64,000 nucleotides of DNA from assembly GCA_964469335.1 (NCBI GenBank), contig CAYXYK010000004.1:23230-87229 (forward strand), written 5' to 3'. The stretch is from an uncultured Candidatus Saccharibacteria bacterium (GTDB lineage: Bacteria > Patescibacteriota > Minisyncoccia > Phycocordibacterales > UBA6899). Positions 1-8,982 of this stretch are shown in pieces. Position numbers and translations under genes: made by a program. The notes under the pieces are model-generated. The model ran no database searches. It worked only from the letters and a program-made list of their open reading frames with translations, and was not told the origin of the DNA. Every line of letters begins with the position of its first letter. Position 1 is the stretch's first letter.

Positions 1-1
1 A

Positions 2-679
2 GGGAATTTTCTGAAGGCTGATCCGCTCGGCTTCGATGTCACCTTGCTTGGGTCCGCTCAGGTGGACATGGGAGCAGGTTCGGCATTCCTCTCTCCGATA
101 CTGACCCCGACGGAAGACAGTGAACCGATACAATATGCACTGTCGGCGATCATGACCGAAGGAGATACTACACTGTGCGGGCTTCTGGTCGTCGAGTCGA
201 CGTCGACGTTCATGTACAGCGGTCCGCTCCTCCTTCTCTCAACTGGTATGACGACCACGACAGGTGCACTCCCGCTCCGGTTCTATCTTCCGGATGGTTA
301 TGCATCAAATGAGAATTCATCGTGCTTCGTCGACCTCATCTTCACTGGAAGGAATGCGAATGCGGATCTCGGACAGGGGTATAATCTCACAGTTCATTTG
401 CCCATCCAGTTCTTCGTCCCCGGAATCACCCTGACTCTACCCCCGGCTACCTTCGCGGAACCAGCGGTTTCCGAAGCGATCATCACGGAAGTAGAGAGCA
501 CGAGTACCGACGCATTTGTTGAGAATAACTCCACTTCATCGCCAAGCGTGATCGAAGAAGGATCAACCCCTCCTCAAGTAGAGACGACCGCACCGGCTAC
601 CGATGCTCTCCCTGTTTCGTCACAAGATGACGCATCGCAGCAACCCGCCGATCTCGAAGAAGCCACCCCTTCGGTTTGA
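2..679 (+). CDS. C-terminal fragment of a Thr/Ser-rich hypothetical (probably secreted) protein; ORF is open to the window edge
   Basis: Reading frame is open from position 2 with no upstream stop, so the start lies outside the window. Low-complexity T/S/P-rich C-terminus. No recognisable domain. Confidence 0.35.
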   Translation, partial: GNFLKADPLGFDVTLLGSAQVDMGAGSAFLSPILTPTEDSEPIQYALSAIMTEGDTTLCGLLVVESTSTFMYSGPLLLLSTGMTTTTGALPLRFYLPDGYASNENSSCFVDLIFTGRNANADLGQGYNLTVHLPIQFFVPGITLTLPPATFAEPAVSEAIITEVESTSTDAFVENNSTSSPSVIEEGSTPPQVETTAPATDALPVSSQDDASQQPADLEEATPSV

Positions 680-743
680 TGTCACTGTGCGCACTTTCTA
701 CGGTATCCGAAGAACTCAAGCGAGTGTTCCTTGATCGACGCGA

Positions 744-1928
744 ATGACTTCGATCTCCGAAGCACACTCTTTTCGATCGCCCCGACGAGGGATGAGGCAA
801 TATCTGCGAGCTGGTATACTGGCCTATATGCATGCTTTTGTCCGTGCGCTCATCATCAGTGGTGCTTCCCTCGTTGCATTGGTACCACTCGGTACGAATG
901 CACAGGAGCTTGTTCTGGACACACAGTCGATCATGAAGGCTCGTGTAGTCGAAGTCATATCGGAAGAAGCAAAAAACATACCCGGCACACTGACTCCTGC
1001 AAAACACCAGACCATCAAGGTGTACGTTCTTGACGGTGTCGACAGCGGGAAAGATCTCGTGGTGGATAACGATTACTACTATGACCTCAAGGTCGGTGAG
1101 GTGTTCTATTTGATGCATACGACCAATCCGCTTGACGGGACTGATTATTACGCAGTCACTGAACCGTATCGTATTCGCTCACTCTTGTTCTTCGTCGGAC
1201 TGTTCGTGCTGTGCGTTGTTGTATTCGGCGGCAAGCAGGGGATACGCGGACTCATGACGCTGGGCGGTAGTCTGCTGCTGATCTTTTTCGTGCTATTTCC
1301 CGGGATTCTCCAGGGCTATTCTCCCGTACTCCTTAGTGTCGGTGTTTCTGCGATCATCATCATTCTCGGGTCGTATATCACTCACGGGTTCAATCGCACG
1401 ACGACAGCTGCCGTACTTGGGATGCTTGTGACGATCGTCGTCACCGGAGTGATTGCTTATTTTGCCGTTGACAGTACAAGACTGCGCGGACTTGAAACCG
1501 AAGATGCGATGTATCTAAACCTCAACATGCAGGGTGCCATCGATCTGGTAGGTCTTCTTTTGGGCGGTATTTTGATCGGACTCCTCGGTGTGCTCTATGA
1601 CGCGGCAATAGGACAAGCGGTCGCCGTAGAGGAACTCCGCCGAGCAGGACCGAACCTCTCGGCAAAACATGTTTTTTTGCGTGCACTTCGGATCGGGAGG
1701 GAACATATCGGTGCGCTGGTGAACATTCTTGCGCTCGCATATGTAGGGGCAGCGCTTCCGCTCTTGCTCCTCTTCTATACTTCGAAGTTTCCGTTTTCGG
1801 TCAGTGTGAACAATGAGATCTTCGCGACCGAGATCATCCGCTCGATGATCGGCTCGATAGGGCTGATCCTTGCGATACCGATCACGACACTGATCTCCGT
1901 CTTCATCCTTTTTCGCACTGAAAAATAA
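744..1928 (+). CDS. YibE/F family polytopic membrane protein
   Basis: About 130 aa soluble N-terminal region followed by about 7 TM helices (LLFFVGLFVLCVVVFGG, GVLYDAAIGQAVAVEEL etc.), which is YibE/F-like architecture. True start may be an internal ATG (MHAFV.. at ~826). Confidence 0.55.
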   Translation: MTSISEAHSFRSPRRGMRQYLRAGILAYMHAFVRALIISGASLVALVPLGTNAQELVLDTQSIMKARVVEVISEEAKNIPGTLTPAKHQTIKVYVLDGVDSGKDLVVDNDYYYDLKVGEVFYLMHTTNPLDGTDYYAVTEPYRIRSLLFFVGLFVLCVVVFGGKQGIRGLMTLGGSLLLIFFVLFPGILQGYSPVLLSVGVSAIIIILGSYITHGFNRTTTAAVLGMLVTIVVTGVIAYFAVDSTRLRGLETEDAMYLNLNMQGAIDLVGLLLGGILIGLLGVLYDAAIGQAVAVEELRRAGPNLSAKHVFLRALRIGREHIGALVNILALAYVGAALPLLLLFYTSKFPFSVSVNNEIFATEIIRSMIGSIGLILAIPITTLISVFILFRTEK

Positions 1929-1997
1929 GGGCAGAAAACCGGATGCTTGTCGTCTCGAGGAAGAGTATACTCATGACATATCAATTTATCACTCATC

Positions 1998-2417
1998 ATG
2001 AGAGAAAAACTCAACAAGGTCAGTAAGTACTTCTATCGCCCTGATCAAGGCATATTCGTCATTCGTGTCATCGCTGGTGCGATCTTCGTCCACCATGGAT
2101 GGATGAAGCTCGATAATCTCGCGCAGATGGAAGGGTTCTTCACCGGGATGCTGCATATTCCCGCGTTTTTGTTCTATGCGACCATCTTCGTCGAGATCGC
2201 GGGAGGACTGATGCTCATCCTCGGTGTTGCGGCACGTGCCGCGGCTGCCGCGCTTACCGTCGTGATGCTCGTTGCGATCTTCGTCGCAGTCGCACCGTCA
2301 AAGGGTGCGCTTGCCGCCGAGTTCGAATGGTTATTGGCGGCAGTCACCTTCGGGCTCGCATTATCCGGATCAGGGAGGCTTCGGGTGACCCATCTCTTCG
2401 AGCACGACGGGAAATAG
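1998..2417 (+). CDS. DoxX family membrane protein
   Basis: GWMKLDNLAQMEGFFTGM...VEIAGGLMLILG is typical DoxX motif spacing. Four predicted TM segments. Confidence 0.7.
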   Translation: MREKLNKVSKYFYRPDQGIFVIRVIAGAIFVHHGWMKLDNLAQMEGFFTGMLHIPAFLFYATIFVEIAGGLMLILGVAARAAAAALTVVMLVAIFVAVAPSKGALAAEFEWLLAAVTFGLALSGSGRLRVTHLFEHDGK

Positions 2418-2444
2418 CAGCACGAGTACTCCCCGCACATAAAA

Positions 2445-2471
2445 GCAAAACCCGCACAGGCGGGTTTTTGC
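2445..2471. terminator. bidirectional rho-independent terminator between convergent genes
   Basis: aaaa-CCCGC-acag-GCGGG-ttttt. Perfect stem flanked by A-run and T-run. Confidence 0.75.
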
Positions 2472-2484
2472 GTGTGCGGGCGTT

Positions 2485-2805
2485 TTAGGCCAACAGTCGT
2501 TCGGGTTCGGTTGTCACCGTGATCTGGTCGAGCGAGTCGACCCAGTGTCTTCCTTTCAGTTTCGAGACGAAACGCTGTCTCCCGATCGGGATGACGAACT
2601 TGCATTCGAGCCGGAGCTCTCGCGCGATCTGTTCGGCCTTGCCGGGGCAGTCCGCCCAATGGCTTCCGCGGTATTCGGCGATGATCTCGTCGAACTGTTC
2701 GAGGTTGCCCCAGCGGGCGCGAGTGAAGATCTTCTCCACTCGATTGTAGGGGATTACCCCCCGAGCTATGTCGCCGACACACTTGTGAAAAGAAAGACCA
2801 TACAT
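2485..2805 (-). CDS. hypothetical protein (106 aa)
   Basis: Clean ORF convergent with the DoxX gene and ending at the shared terminator. No recognisable motif. Confidence 0.5.
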   Translation of the reverse strand: MYGLSFHKCVGDIARGVIPYNRVEKIFTRARWGNLEQFDEIIAEYRGSHWADCPGKAEQIARELRLECKFVIPIGRQRFVSKLKGRHWVDSLDQITVTTEPERLLA

Positions 2806-2939
2806 GATGGCTCCTTGAGAAAAAGTTGGTTGGGTTGAGAGAACGGGGGGTGCTGAGATACACTATATAATCAAATGAAAAAAAGTCAAGAATTCGCCCG
2901 CTTTGCTCTATATAATGGATAAATGGGATACTTGGATCG

Positions 2940-3188
2940 ATGTACTATGTCTACATGTTACTTTGCGGTGATGACACTATCTATACCGGTATCACCACCG
3001 ATGTCGAAAGGAGGGTTCAGCAGCACCGGTCGGGAAAAGGGGCACGCTATACGAGGTCGAGAGGTGCGAAACGACTCCTCTATACGGAGCGAAAGCGGAG
3101 CAGAAGCACTGCATCGAAACGTGAAGCAGAGATAAAGAGGATGACCAGAAGTGAGAAGCTCGCCCTCGTCGCCACATCGAAGAAATGA
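2940..3188 (+). CDS. GIY-YIG nuclease family protein (UPF0213-like, 82 aa)
   Basis: N-terminal YVYML.C.D.TIYTG.T.DVERRVQQHRSG.GARYT matches the GIY-YIG catalytic motif layout. Confidence 0.85.
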   Translation: MYYVYMLLCGDDTIYTGITTDVERRVQQHRSGKGARYTRSRGAKRLLYTERKRSRSTASKREAEIKRMTRSEKLALVATSKK

Positions 3189-3227
3189 AAATTGGACGTG
3201 AGCGGGGAAAGAAACTAGAATGAAAAA

Positions 3228-3845
3228 ATGAAGGACGAAAACAGAAGCAAGAACATCTTCTCGATCGGGGGAAAGGAGTCGGCACTCGAGCGTATCGCCA
3301 TCGGTTCTACCCGTTATATCGGTTCCCCGACGTCACTTGTCGTGCATACGGTCTTCTTCATTTCCGTCTTCGGTTTGCAGCGATTCGGTTTTTCTTTCGA
3401 GCAGACCATGCTTATCCTCACTACCGCCGTTTCCCTCGAAGCGATCTACCTATCGCTGTTCATTCAGATGACCGTCAATCGTCAGGCGCGCCAGATCGAA
3501 GAGGTCTCTGACGATGTCGATGATATTCAGGAAGACGTCGAGGAGATCTCAAAAGACGTCGACGGAATCCAAGAGGATGTCGAAGAGATCTCCAAGGACA
3601 TTGACGAGATGCTCGAGGACGTGGACAGTATCCAGGAGAACACCGAAGAGATCAATGCCGACATGGAAGGCATCCATGAGCATATTGAACATATCAAAGA
3701 GAATGTTGAGGACCTTTCCGAGGAATTCGAACGTGACGACTTCGAAGAGACTATCGATGATCAGAAGGTCGAGAAGATCGAACGAGTACTTGAAGAGCTC
3801 CTCTCTGAAGTGAAAGCACTGAAGCGCGAAAAAAGCGGAGTATGA
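3228..3845 (+). CDS. DUF1003-like membrane protein with C-terminal acidic 11-residue (hendecad) tandem repeats
   Basis: Two TM helices followed by QMTVNRQARQ, the DUF1003 signature. C-terminal DVDDIQEDVEE/ISKDVDGIQED/VEEISKDIDEM... repeats. Confidence 0.65.
   Translation: MKDENRSKNIFSIGGKESALERIAIGSTRYIGSPTSLVVHTVFFISVFGLQRFGFSFEQTMLILTTAVSLEAIYLSLFIQMTVNRQARQIEEVSDDVDDIQEDVEEISKDVDGIQEDVEEISKDIDEMLEDVDSIQENTEEINADMEGIHEHIEHIKENVEDLSEEFERDDFEETIDDQKVEKIERVLEELLSEVKALKREKSGV
3514..3720 (+). repeat. 33-nt in-frame tandem repeat (about 6 units) encoding the acidic hendecad repeats
   Basis: gacgtcgaggagatctcaaaagacgtcgacggaatccaagag / gatgtcgaagagatctccaaggacattgacgag... periodicity 33 nt. Confidence 0.7.
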
Positions 3846-4480
3846 AGATAACCAAAGTTGGGCATTCGTGCCTTTTCATCGAACTTCCGACACTTGCGCT
3901 CCTTATCGATCCCGGGACGTATGCCACTGTGCCGAGTTTCGAGAAGCTTGATCTCATCCTTCTCACGCACGAGCATGCCGACCACTTCGACCCCGAAACG
4001 ATCAAGAAACTGCTTGCGAAGCACAAGGAGTGCGAGATCCTCACTCACGCAGGAATGCGAAAGACCCTTGCGACCTTTGATATTCCCTCGACCTTGATCG
4101 AGGACGGAGAGGTCTGCGTCAGAAAGCGAGTGAGCATCGAGCGCACAGGGGATACACACGCATGTATCCACAAGGACCTGCCGCAACTTGAGAATTGCGG
4201 ATTCTTGGTCAACGAAGAATTCTTTTACCCCGGCGACTCATTCGTGATTCCCAAAAAGAAGGTCAAGACGCTCGCACTTCCTGTCGCAGCTCCGTGGATG
4301 CGGCTCGAAGAGTGCATCGATTATGCGATGGCAATGAAGCCGGAAGTGGTCTTTCCGGTTCACGACGGGATGCTCCGACCCGATCGCATGACGCCGACGA
4401 GACGGATCCCCGCGATGCTCTTGGAGAAAGAAGGCATCAGATTCGTTGAGATGCAAGACGGCTGGACCAATGAATTCTAA
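3842..4480 (+). CDS. MBL-fold metallo-hydrolase
   Basis: HEHADHFD (HxHxDH zinc-binding motif). Start overlaps the upstream stop (ATGA), suggesting translational coupling. Confidence 0.8.
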   Translation: MKITKVGHSCLFIELPTLALLIDPGTYATVPSFEKLDLILLTHEHADHFDPETIKKLLAKHKECEILTHAGMRKTLATFDIPSTLIEDGEVCVRKRVSIERTGDTHACIHKDLPQLENCGFLVNEEFFYPGDSFVIPKKKVKTLALPVAAPWMRLEECIDYAMAMKPEVVFPVHDGMLRPDRMTPTRRIPAMLLEKEGIRFVEMQDGWTNEF

Positions 4481-4499
4481 ACGGAGTTCGCCCTGAATC

Positions 4500-4582
4500 G
4501 CGAGCTACTTCGTTGGCCTCGTCACGAAATAACTCAACGTACCATTAAGTACATCTCGTCATTTCGTTCCTTTCCGCCTCAT
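4500..4582 (+). repeat. novel intergenic repeat element, degenerate copy E8
   Basis: ctacttcgttggcctcgtcacg...tcAACGTACcattaaGTACATctcgtcatttcgttcctttccgcctc aligns to the core of copies E1-E7 (GTAC-N6-GTAC hairpin + T/C-rich tail). Lies directly 3' of the MBL gene. Confidence 0.5.
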
Positions 4583-4632
4583 ATCTCATCGATTAATGAC
4601 AAACTCCTTGAGATGCTTACTACCATTTCGTT

Positions 4633-5682
4633 TTATAATACCGATTCGAAGAACGGGAGCAGAAGTGCAACCAGCACATCATACCAGTGGAACCTTGGAA
4701 GCTCCTCGAGTGGCATAGCATTCTTCTTCCAGTCAGCGATGATAGCCGCGAGTTGTTCGACCATGTGTTTTTCTTCGAAGAAGACGCCACCCTCGATATT
4801 GTGTTCAAAAGAAAGGGCATCAAGGTTGTGTGACCCGACGATCGCTGAAGTATCATCAATGACCATCGCCTTCGCATGATTCATCTCAGGAGTGACGAGA
4901 CAGGTGGCCCCCATGTTCCGAAACAGCGAAAGGTAGCGGTAATTCACTCGATCGATGATCGGGTGATCCGTCTTGCTCGGAATGATCACACTCACCTTCA
5001 CCCCTCGCAGGATGGCTGTGTGTAGTTGAGCGATCAGCCAACGGCGGGGGATGAAATACGGAGTGACCAAAGTGATGTGTTCTTTCGCTGCAGCGATATG
5101 TTCTTCGTAATATCTTCGGAGGGTATTGCGTTTCGCTTGCATCCCGTGTTCGATGAACCACAGTTTTGCCCGTTCTAATGTGGGTGCGTGTCTGTGCACA
5201 AGGAGTTCCGGGTCTTTCCCCCCGAGCGAAAGATAGACTTTGCGGAAAGATTGCAATGCACTCTCTGCGAACTTTGCACCGGAAAGCCTCACTTGAAGGT
5301 CTCTCCATGGCGCATAGTGGCGCGAGATGTTCACTCCACCGATGAACACGATATGTTCGTCGACGATGAGTAATTTGCGGTGAGTGCGTTTCCAGAAGTG
5401 ACTGAAGAAGAGTACTTCGACACCCGCCACCCGAAGTCGGTCGACACTCGCCGCCTTGAGGTCATAACTCCCAAGTGAATCAAGGATGAGAATGACCTTC
5501 AGCCCTTCGCGTGCCTTGCGCTCGAGCTCAGAGATAAAGTCGAATCCTTTGGTGTCTTCCTCGAAGATATACATTTCGAGGTACACGCTTCGCCCAGCGA
5601 GGGAGATAGCGGAAAGCATCGCCGACCAAGCTTTGTTCGATGTCGTATAGAATCTGAACCGTGATGCCGGCATATCATACAT
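4633..5682 (-). CDS. phospholipase D-like protein with two HKD motifs (cardiolipin synthase family)
   Basis: [19 protein letters not shown] and [20 protein letters not shown] are the two HxK(x4)D motifs. Start chosen at MYDMPASRF; the longer ORF to 5844 would overlap the divergent pilin gene. Confidence 0.8.
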   Translation of the reverse strand: MYDMPASRFRFYTTSNKAWSAMLSAISLAGRSVYLEMYIFEEDTKGFDFISELERKAREGLKVILILDSLGSYDLKAASVDRLRVAGVEVLFFSHFWKRTHRKLLIVDEHIVFIGGVNISRHYAPWRDLQVRLSGAKFAESALQSFRKVYLSLGGKDPELLVHRHAPTLERAKLWFIEHGMQAKRNTLRRYYEEHIAAAKEHITLVTPYFIPRRWLIAQLHTAILRGVKVSVIIPSKTDHPIIDRVNYRYLSLFRNMGATCLVTPEMNHAKAMVIDDTSAIVGSHNLDALSFEHNIEGGVFFEEKHMVEQLAAIIADWKKNAMPLEELPRFHWYDVLVALLLPFFESVL

Positions 5683-5740
5683 TATGCCACGGAACGGTCC
5701 CGCTTGTTTTTTGAGGATGCTGCAATATAATAACCAGTAT

Positions 5741-6289
5741 ATGCAACAATTCTTTAGAGATCTGAATGCCTCGAAAAGTCGAGGATTCACTTTGATCGAA
5801 CTATTGGTCGTCATCGCCATCATCGGCATCCTCTCATCGGTCATCTTTGCATCGCTTTCGATCGCGAGAGAGAAGTCGCGCGATTCGAAACGAGTCGCGG
5901 AAGTGGGTCAGATCCGCAAGGCATTGGAGATATACTACGATGTGAACCAAACATATCCTTCGACCACACCGACAGGGTATACCGGTGAGGATGCGGCGGT
6001 ACAGCTACTCGCTGCAAACGGTCTCCTCGGGCACACCCCGGTGCCGCCTCCCGGAATCAGTACTACCTATCTCTATCGCGGAGTCAGTATCAACCCGCTC
6101 ACAGGAGTGAGGTCGGAATGCGTGACGGGACCGTGTAATAATTTCGAACTGGCGATCACACTCGAGCGTGATGATAATATCGTGCTTGCTTCCGATCTAG
6201 ATCTGACGACAGGGACACTCTACGGAGCGAACCCGAATTGTGCGGATTCGACGGCAGGAGTAGACCAGTGCTACGACGTCGGACCGTAA
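5741..6289 (+). CDS. type IV pilin-like protein (prepilin-type N-terminal cleavage/methylation domain)
   Basis: ..SKSRG|[24 protein letters not shown] is the canonical G|FTLIE prepilin motif with a hydrophobic helix. The -10-like tataat lies about 10 nt upstream. Confidence 0.85.
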   Translation: MQQFFRDLNASKSRGFTLIELLVVIAIIGILSSVIFASLSIAREKSRDSKRVAEVGQIRKALEIYYDVNQTYPSTTPTGYTGEDAAVQLLAANGLLGHTPVPPPGISTTYLYRGVSINPLTGVRSECVTGPCNNFELAITLERDDNIVLASDLDLTTGTLYGANPNCADSTAGVDQCYDVGP

Positions 6290-6295
6290 GTCACT

Positions 6296-6406
6296 CCAAA
6301 TTTTCCCATCTACATCGTTGTGGGTCCCAAGCAACGCAGTCGACGTACCACAGAGTACGCCTCTTTTCTCGCTTTTCCCACGCCTCGTATCTGAAAAAAT
6401 TTGGAG
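6296..6406 (+). repeat. novel intergenic repeat element, copy E1
   Basis: Terminal inverted repeat ccaaatttt / aaaatttgg. Core CCCATCTAC..GTTGTGGGTCCCAAG..gacGTACcacagaGTACgcc..CTTTTCCCACGCC. Immediately 3' of the pilin gene. Confidence 0.7.
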
Positions 6407-6464
6407 CGCCTTCAATTCAGGATGGCTTCACGGAAAGGGGGAAATAGGGTAATGTAAGCTTTCA

Positions 6465-7916
6465 ATGGCACAAGGAGAGGTAATTCTGCGCTTCGAAGAC
6501 GTCAGTTTCGAGCATGGCCCGAGGAAACCCATATTGAATGAGGTGAATTTCACTGTACGGCGTGGTGCGAAAGTCACCCTGATGGGACAAAATGGCGCCG
6601 GGAAATCGACGCTGTTCTCCCTTATCACCAAGACCGCAAAGCCTGAATCGGGCAAGATCCATATCGGCGCGGGAATCTCGATCGCGCTCTCGCATCAGGT
6701 GATCCCGAAGGACAGCCTCGATCTCACGGTACGCGCATTCTTCGAGAAGTGTTTTGATAAGAAGGTCTATGATATAGACCCGAAGATTGACGCGGTACTT
6801 GAAGTAGTGAACCTTCACGCGCCACACGATCGCATCGTCCGTTCATTCTCTGGCGGCCAGCAGGCGAGACTTCTTCTTGCTTCTGCGCTGATCCAGGATC
6901 CGGACCTTCTTCTTCTTGATGAGCCGACCAACAATCTCGACAAAGCCGGCATCGCACATCTTACTGATTTCCTCCAGAACTACCCGAAGACGGTGATCGT
7001 CATCTCTCACGATGCCGACTTCCTCAACTCATTCACCGAAGGAGTGCTCTATCTCGACGTGCGTACACAGAAAATGGAACAGTATGTCGGTAACTATACC
7101 GATGTGGTCAAGGACATTTCCGCCCGTATCGAGAAGGAGAATCGCGCGAATGCTCTCCTCCAGAAAGAGATCCAGCGCAACAAGGATCAGGCCAATGTGT
7201 TCTCCCACAAGGGAGGTAACATGCGTGCACTCGCGAAGCGTATGCGCGAGAAGGCAGCCGACATGGAAGAAGAGGTCGTCGAAGTGCGAAAAGAGGATAA
7301 GACAATCCGCCCGTTCGTCATTCCCGCCCAGACCGATTTCATCGGGAACGCTCTCACCATCGAGTCACTCACCGTCATCAAGAATCATAAGCCGACAGAA
7401 AAGAAAGTCCGCATCGAGCTCCGCAAGAAGCAACATCTCCTCCTTCAGGGTCCGAACGGGATAGGAAAGTCGACACTGCTTGAATCGCTCGCCAACGGCA
7501 CCGCAAAGGGCGCGAAGATCGCCGAAGGTGTGCGTGTCGGCTACTATCGTCAGGATTTCTCCACACTTAACTTCGAAGATACCGTCTATCAGTCACTCGC
7601 GGGCATCATGGTGAAAGTTGACGAAGAGAAACTTCGCTCAGTTGCGGCAAGCTTCCTCATCACCAAAGAACTCATCTATGCCAAAATTGGCAGTCTCTCG
7701 GAAGGACAGAAGGGATTGGTCGCATTCGCACGCCTCGTACTCGAAGTGCCGGGACTCCTCATTCTCGATGAGCCGACCAACCACATCAATTTCCGCCATC
7801 TTCCTGCGATCGCGAAGGCGTTAGACCAGTACGAGGGGGCGATGATTCTCGTCTCGCACGTGCCGGAGTTCGTGAAGCAGATTCGGATAGACGACATTCT
7901 CGACCTCGAGAAATAG
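6465..7916 (+). CDS. ABC-F family ATPase (two tandem ABC domains, no TM domain)
   Basis: Domain 1: GQNGAGKST, LSGGQQARL, LLLDEPTNNLD. Domain 2: GPNGIGKST, LSEGQKGL, LILDEPTNHIN. Confidence 0.9.
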   Translation: MAQGEVILRFEDVSFEHGPRKPILNEVNFTVRRGAKVTLMGQNGAGKSTLFSLITKTAKPESGKIHIGAGISIALSHQVIPKDSLDLTVRAFFEKCFDKKVYDIDPKIDAVLEVVNLHAPHDRIVRSFSGGQQARLLLASALIQDPDLLLLDEPTNNLDKAGIAHLTDFLQNYPKTVIVISHDADFLNSFTEGVLYLDVRTQKMEQYVGNYTDVVKDISARIEKENRANALLQKEIQRNKDQANVFSHKGGNMRALAKRMREKAADMEEEVVEVRKEDKTIRPFVIPAQTDFIGNALTIESLTVIKNHKPTEKKVRIELRKKQHLLLQGPNGIGKSTLLESLANGTAKGAKIAEGVRVGYYRQDFSTLNFEDTVYQSLAGIMVKVDEEKLRSVAASFLITKELIYAKIGSLSEGQKGLVAFARLVLEVPGLLILDEPTNHINFRHLPAIAKALDQYEGAMILVSHVPEFVKQIRIDDILDLEK

Positions 7917-7923
7917 AAAGAAT

Positions 7924-8907
7924 CTATTTTTTAGGGATGAACTTTATGCTCATGAGTAGCTCCTTGATCCGCGAGGTACTGTATTTGAGGTTCGTATCCG
8001 AAAGAGTCCAAATGAGACCTCCTTTTACAAAGTAGTAGTACGTTGCATCTGTGTCCTTGAGGACATGAACAGTTAGTCCGTTTATTTTCTCTCCCGAAGT
8101 ACCCTCAGTCAGTTGGGCCATCCAGTCATCAATCGTGAACTGCTTCGGAGGGAATGCTGCTTCAAGCTCAACATTGCTGCCGCTGTAACCCATGAGGTTG
8201 TATATTCGCAATTTTATGCCTAAGCTCGTGTCGTGCTCAATGACGAGAGTATTTTTCCCAGAGTACTCAAGCGAAAATCCCCACTTCTCGTTTTTGTAAA
8301 CTCTCCGTGCTTGCTGTTCTTTTATGATCGCAGTAATTTCTTCTGAAGAGTGCTTTGTAAAAAAAGTCATATTTGAGACCATCTCCTCTGCAGTGTATGC
8401 CTCTGGTTGAGGTCCCTCTGCGATGCTGTACTCGAACTCATTTTGTAAAATAAAAACTGTTTTCCAACCGTCAGCATTAATTGCTATAAGTGTGGGTACT
8501 GCGCCATTTAAATTTATAGACGTAGAGAACCCTTGCTCCTCAAGATCCTTTTTTAGCTCATCAAGTGAAAAATAACTCGAAGTAGCAAAATCACCCTCAA
8601 GACGATTATATATGCTAGGTTCTTTGTATTTTGACTCTTTATCGTAAGGTCCAACAAAGACATGCTCGGGTGATAGTGATTCAGTCACGATTGGGTCGGC
8701 ATACTGAAGCTCGAACCCGAAATCTTCGTTTCGCCAGACGCTCGTCGTTGCGGCTGTTTTCGGTGCACCTACTGCGGGTTGCCCAGCAGTGTGCGTGTTC
8801 ATATTCGGAGAAGTCCCTTTCGTGTTTAGATAGAACACTCCGCATGCCATGACGAGGAACAGTGTGAAAGTCACAACTATCCACATCGTTATTTTTTCAA
8901 ATTTCAT
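7924..8907 (-). CDS. hypothetical membrane-anchored/secreted protein (327 aa), AT-rich gene
   Basis: Start chosen at MKFEKITMWIVVTFTLFLVMA (N-terminal TM/signal). The longer ORF to 9525 would overlap the helicase gene. Local GC is visibly lower than flanking genes. Confidence 0.6.
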   Translation of the reverse strand: MKFEKITMWIVVTFTLFLVMACGVFYLNTKGTSPNMNTHTAGQPAVGAPKTAATTSVWRNEDFGFELQYADPIVTESLSPEHVFVGPYDKESKYKEPSIYNRLEGDFATSSYFSLDELKKDLEEQGFSTSINLNGAVPTLIAINADGWKTVFILQNEFEYSIAEGPQPEAYTAEEMVSNMTFFTKHSSEEITAIIKEQQARRVYKNEKWGFSLEYSGKNTLVIEHDTSLGIKLRIYNLMGYSGSNVELEAAFPPKQFTIDDWMAQLTEGTSGEKINGLTVHVLKDTDATYYYFVKGGLIWTLSDTNLKYSTSRIKELLMSIKFIPKK

Positions 8908-8982
8908 TATTAAAAGTATAACAAACCCGCTTGAAAAATACGTTATTTTGCATTCCACCCAAATCCACCGTATCATCCATAC

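Noticed and set aside
4633-5682. PLD-family protein as a candidate defence nuclease (PLD nucleases occur in phage-defence systems)
   Set aside because: Two well-spaced HKD motifs and overall length/organisation match cardiolipin-synthase-type PLD enzymes. No partner genes (helicase, methylase, etc.) are adjacent.
6238-6447. Conserved short ORFs across the repeat elements (e.g. ..HLHRCGSQATQSTYHRV.. / ..HLLRCGSQAVRSMYEKY.. / ..LLRCGSQVLVHRTNS..) that could suggest a small protein family
   Set aside because: The similarity is at the nucleotide level. Substitutions are not biased to synonymous sites. Frames and stops are not conserved. The flanking inverted repeats and compensatory hairpin changes point to a non-coding structured element.
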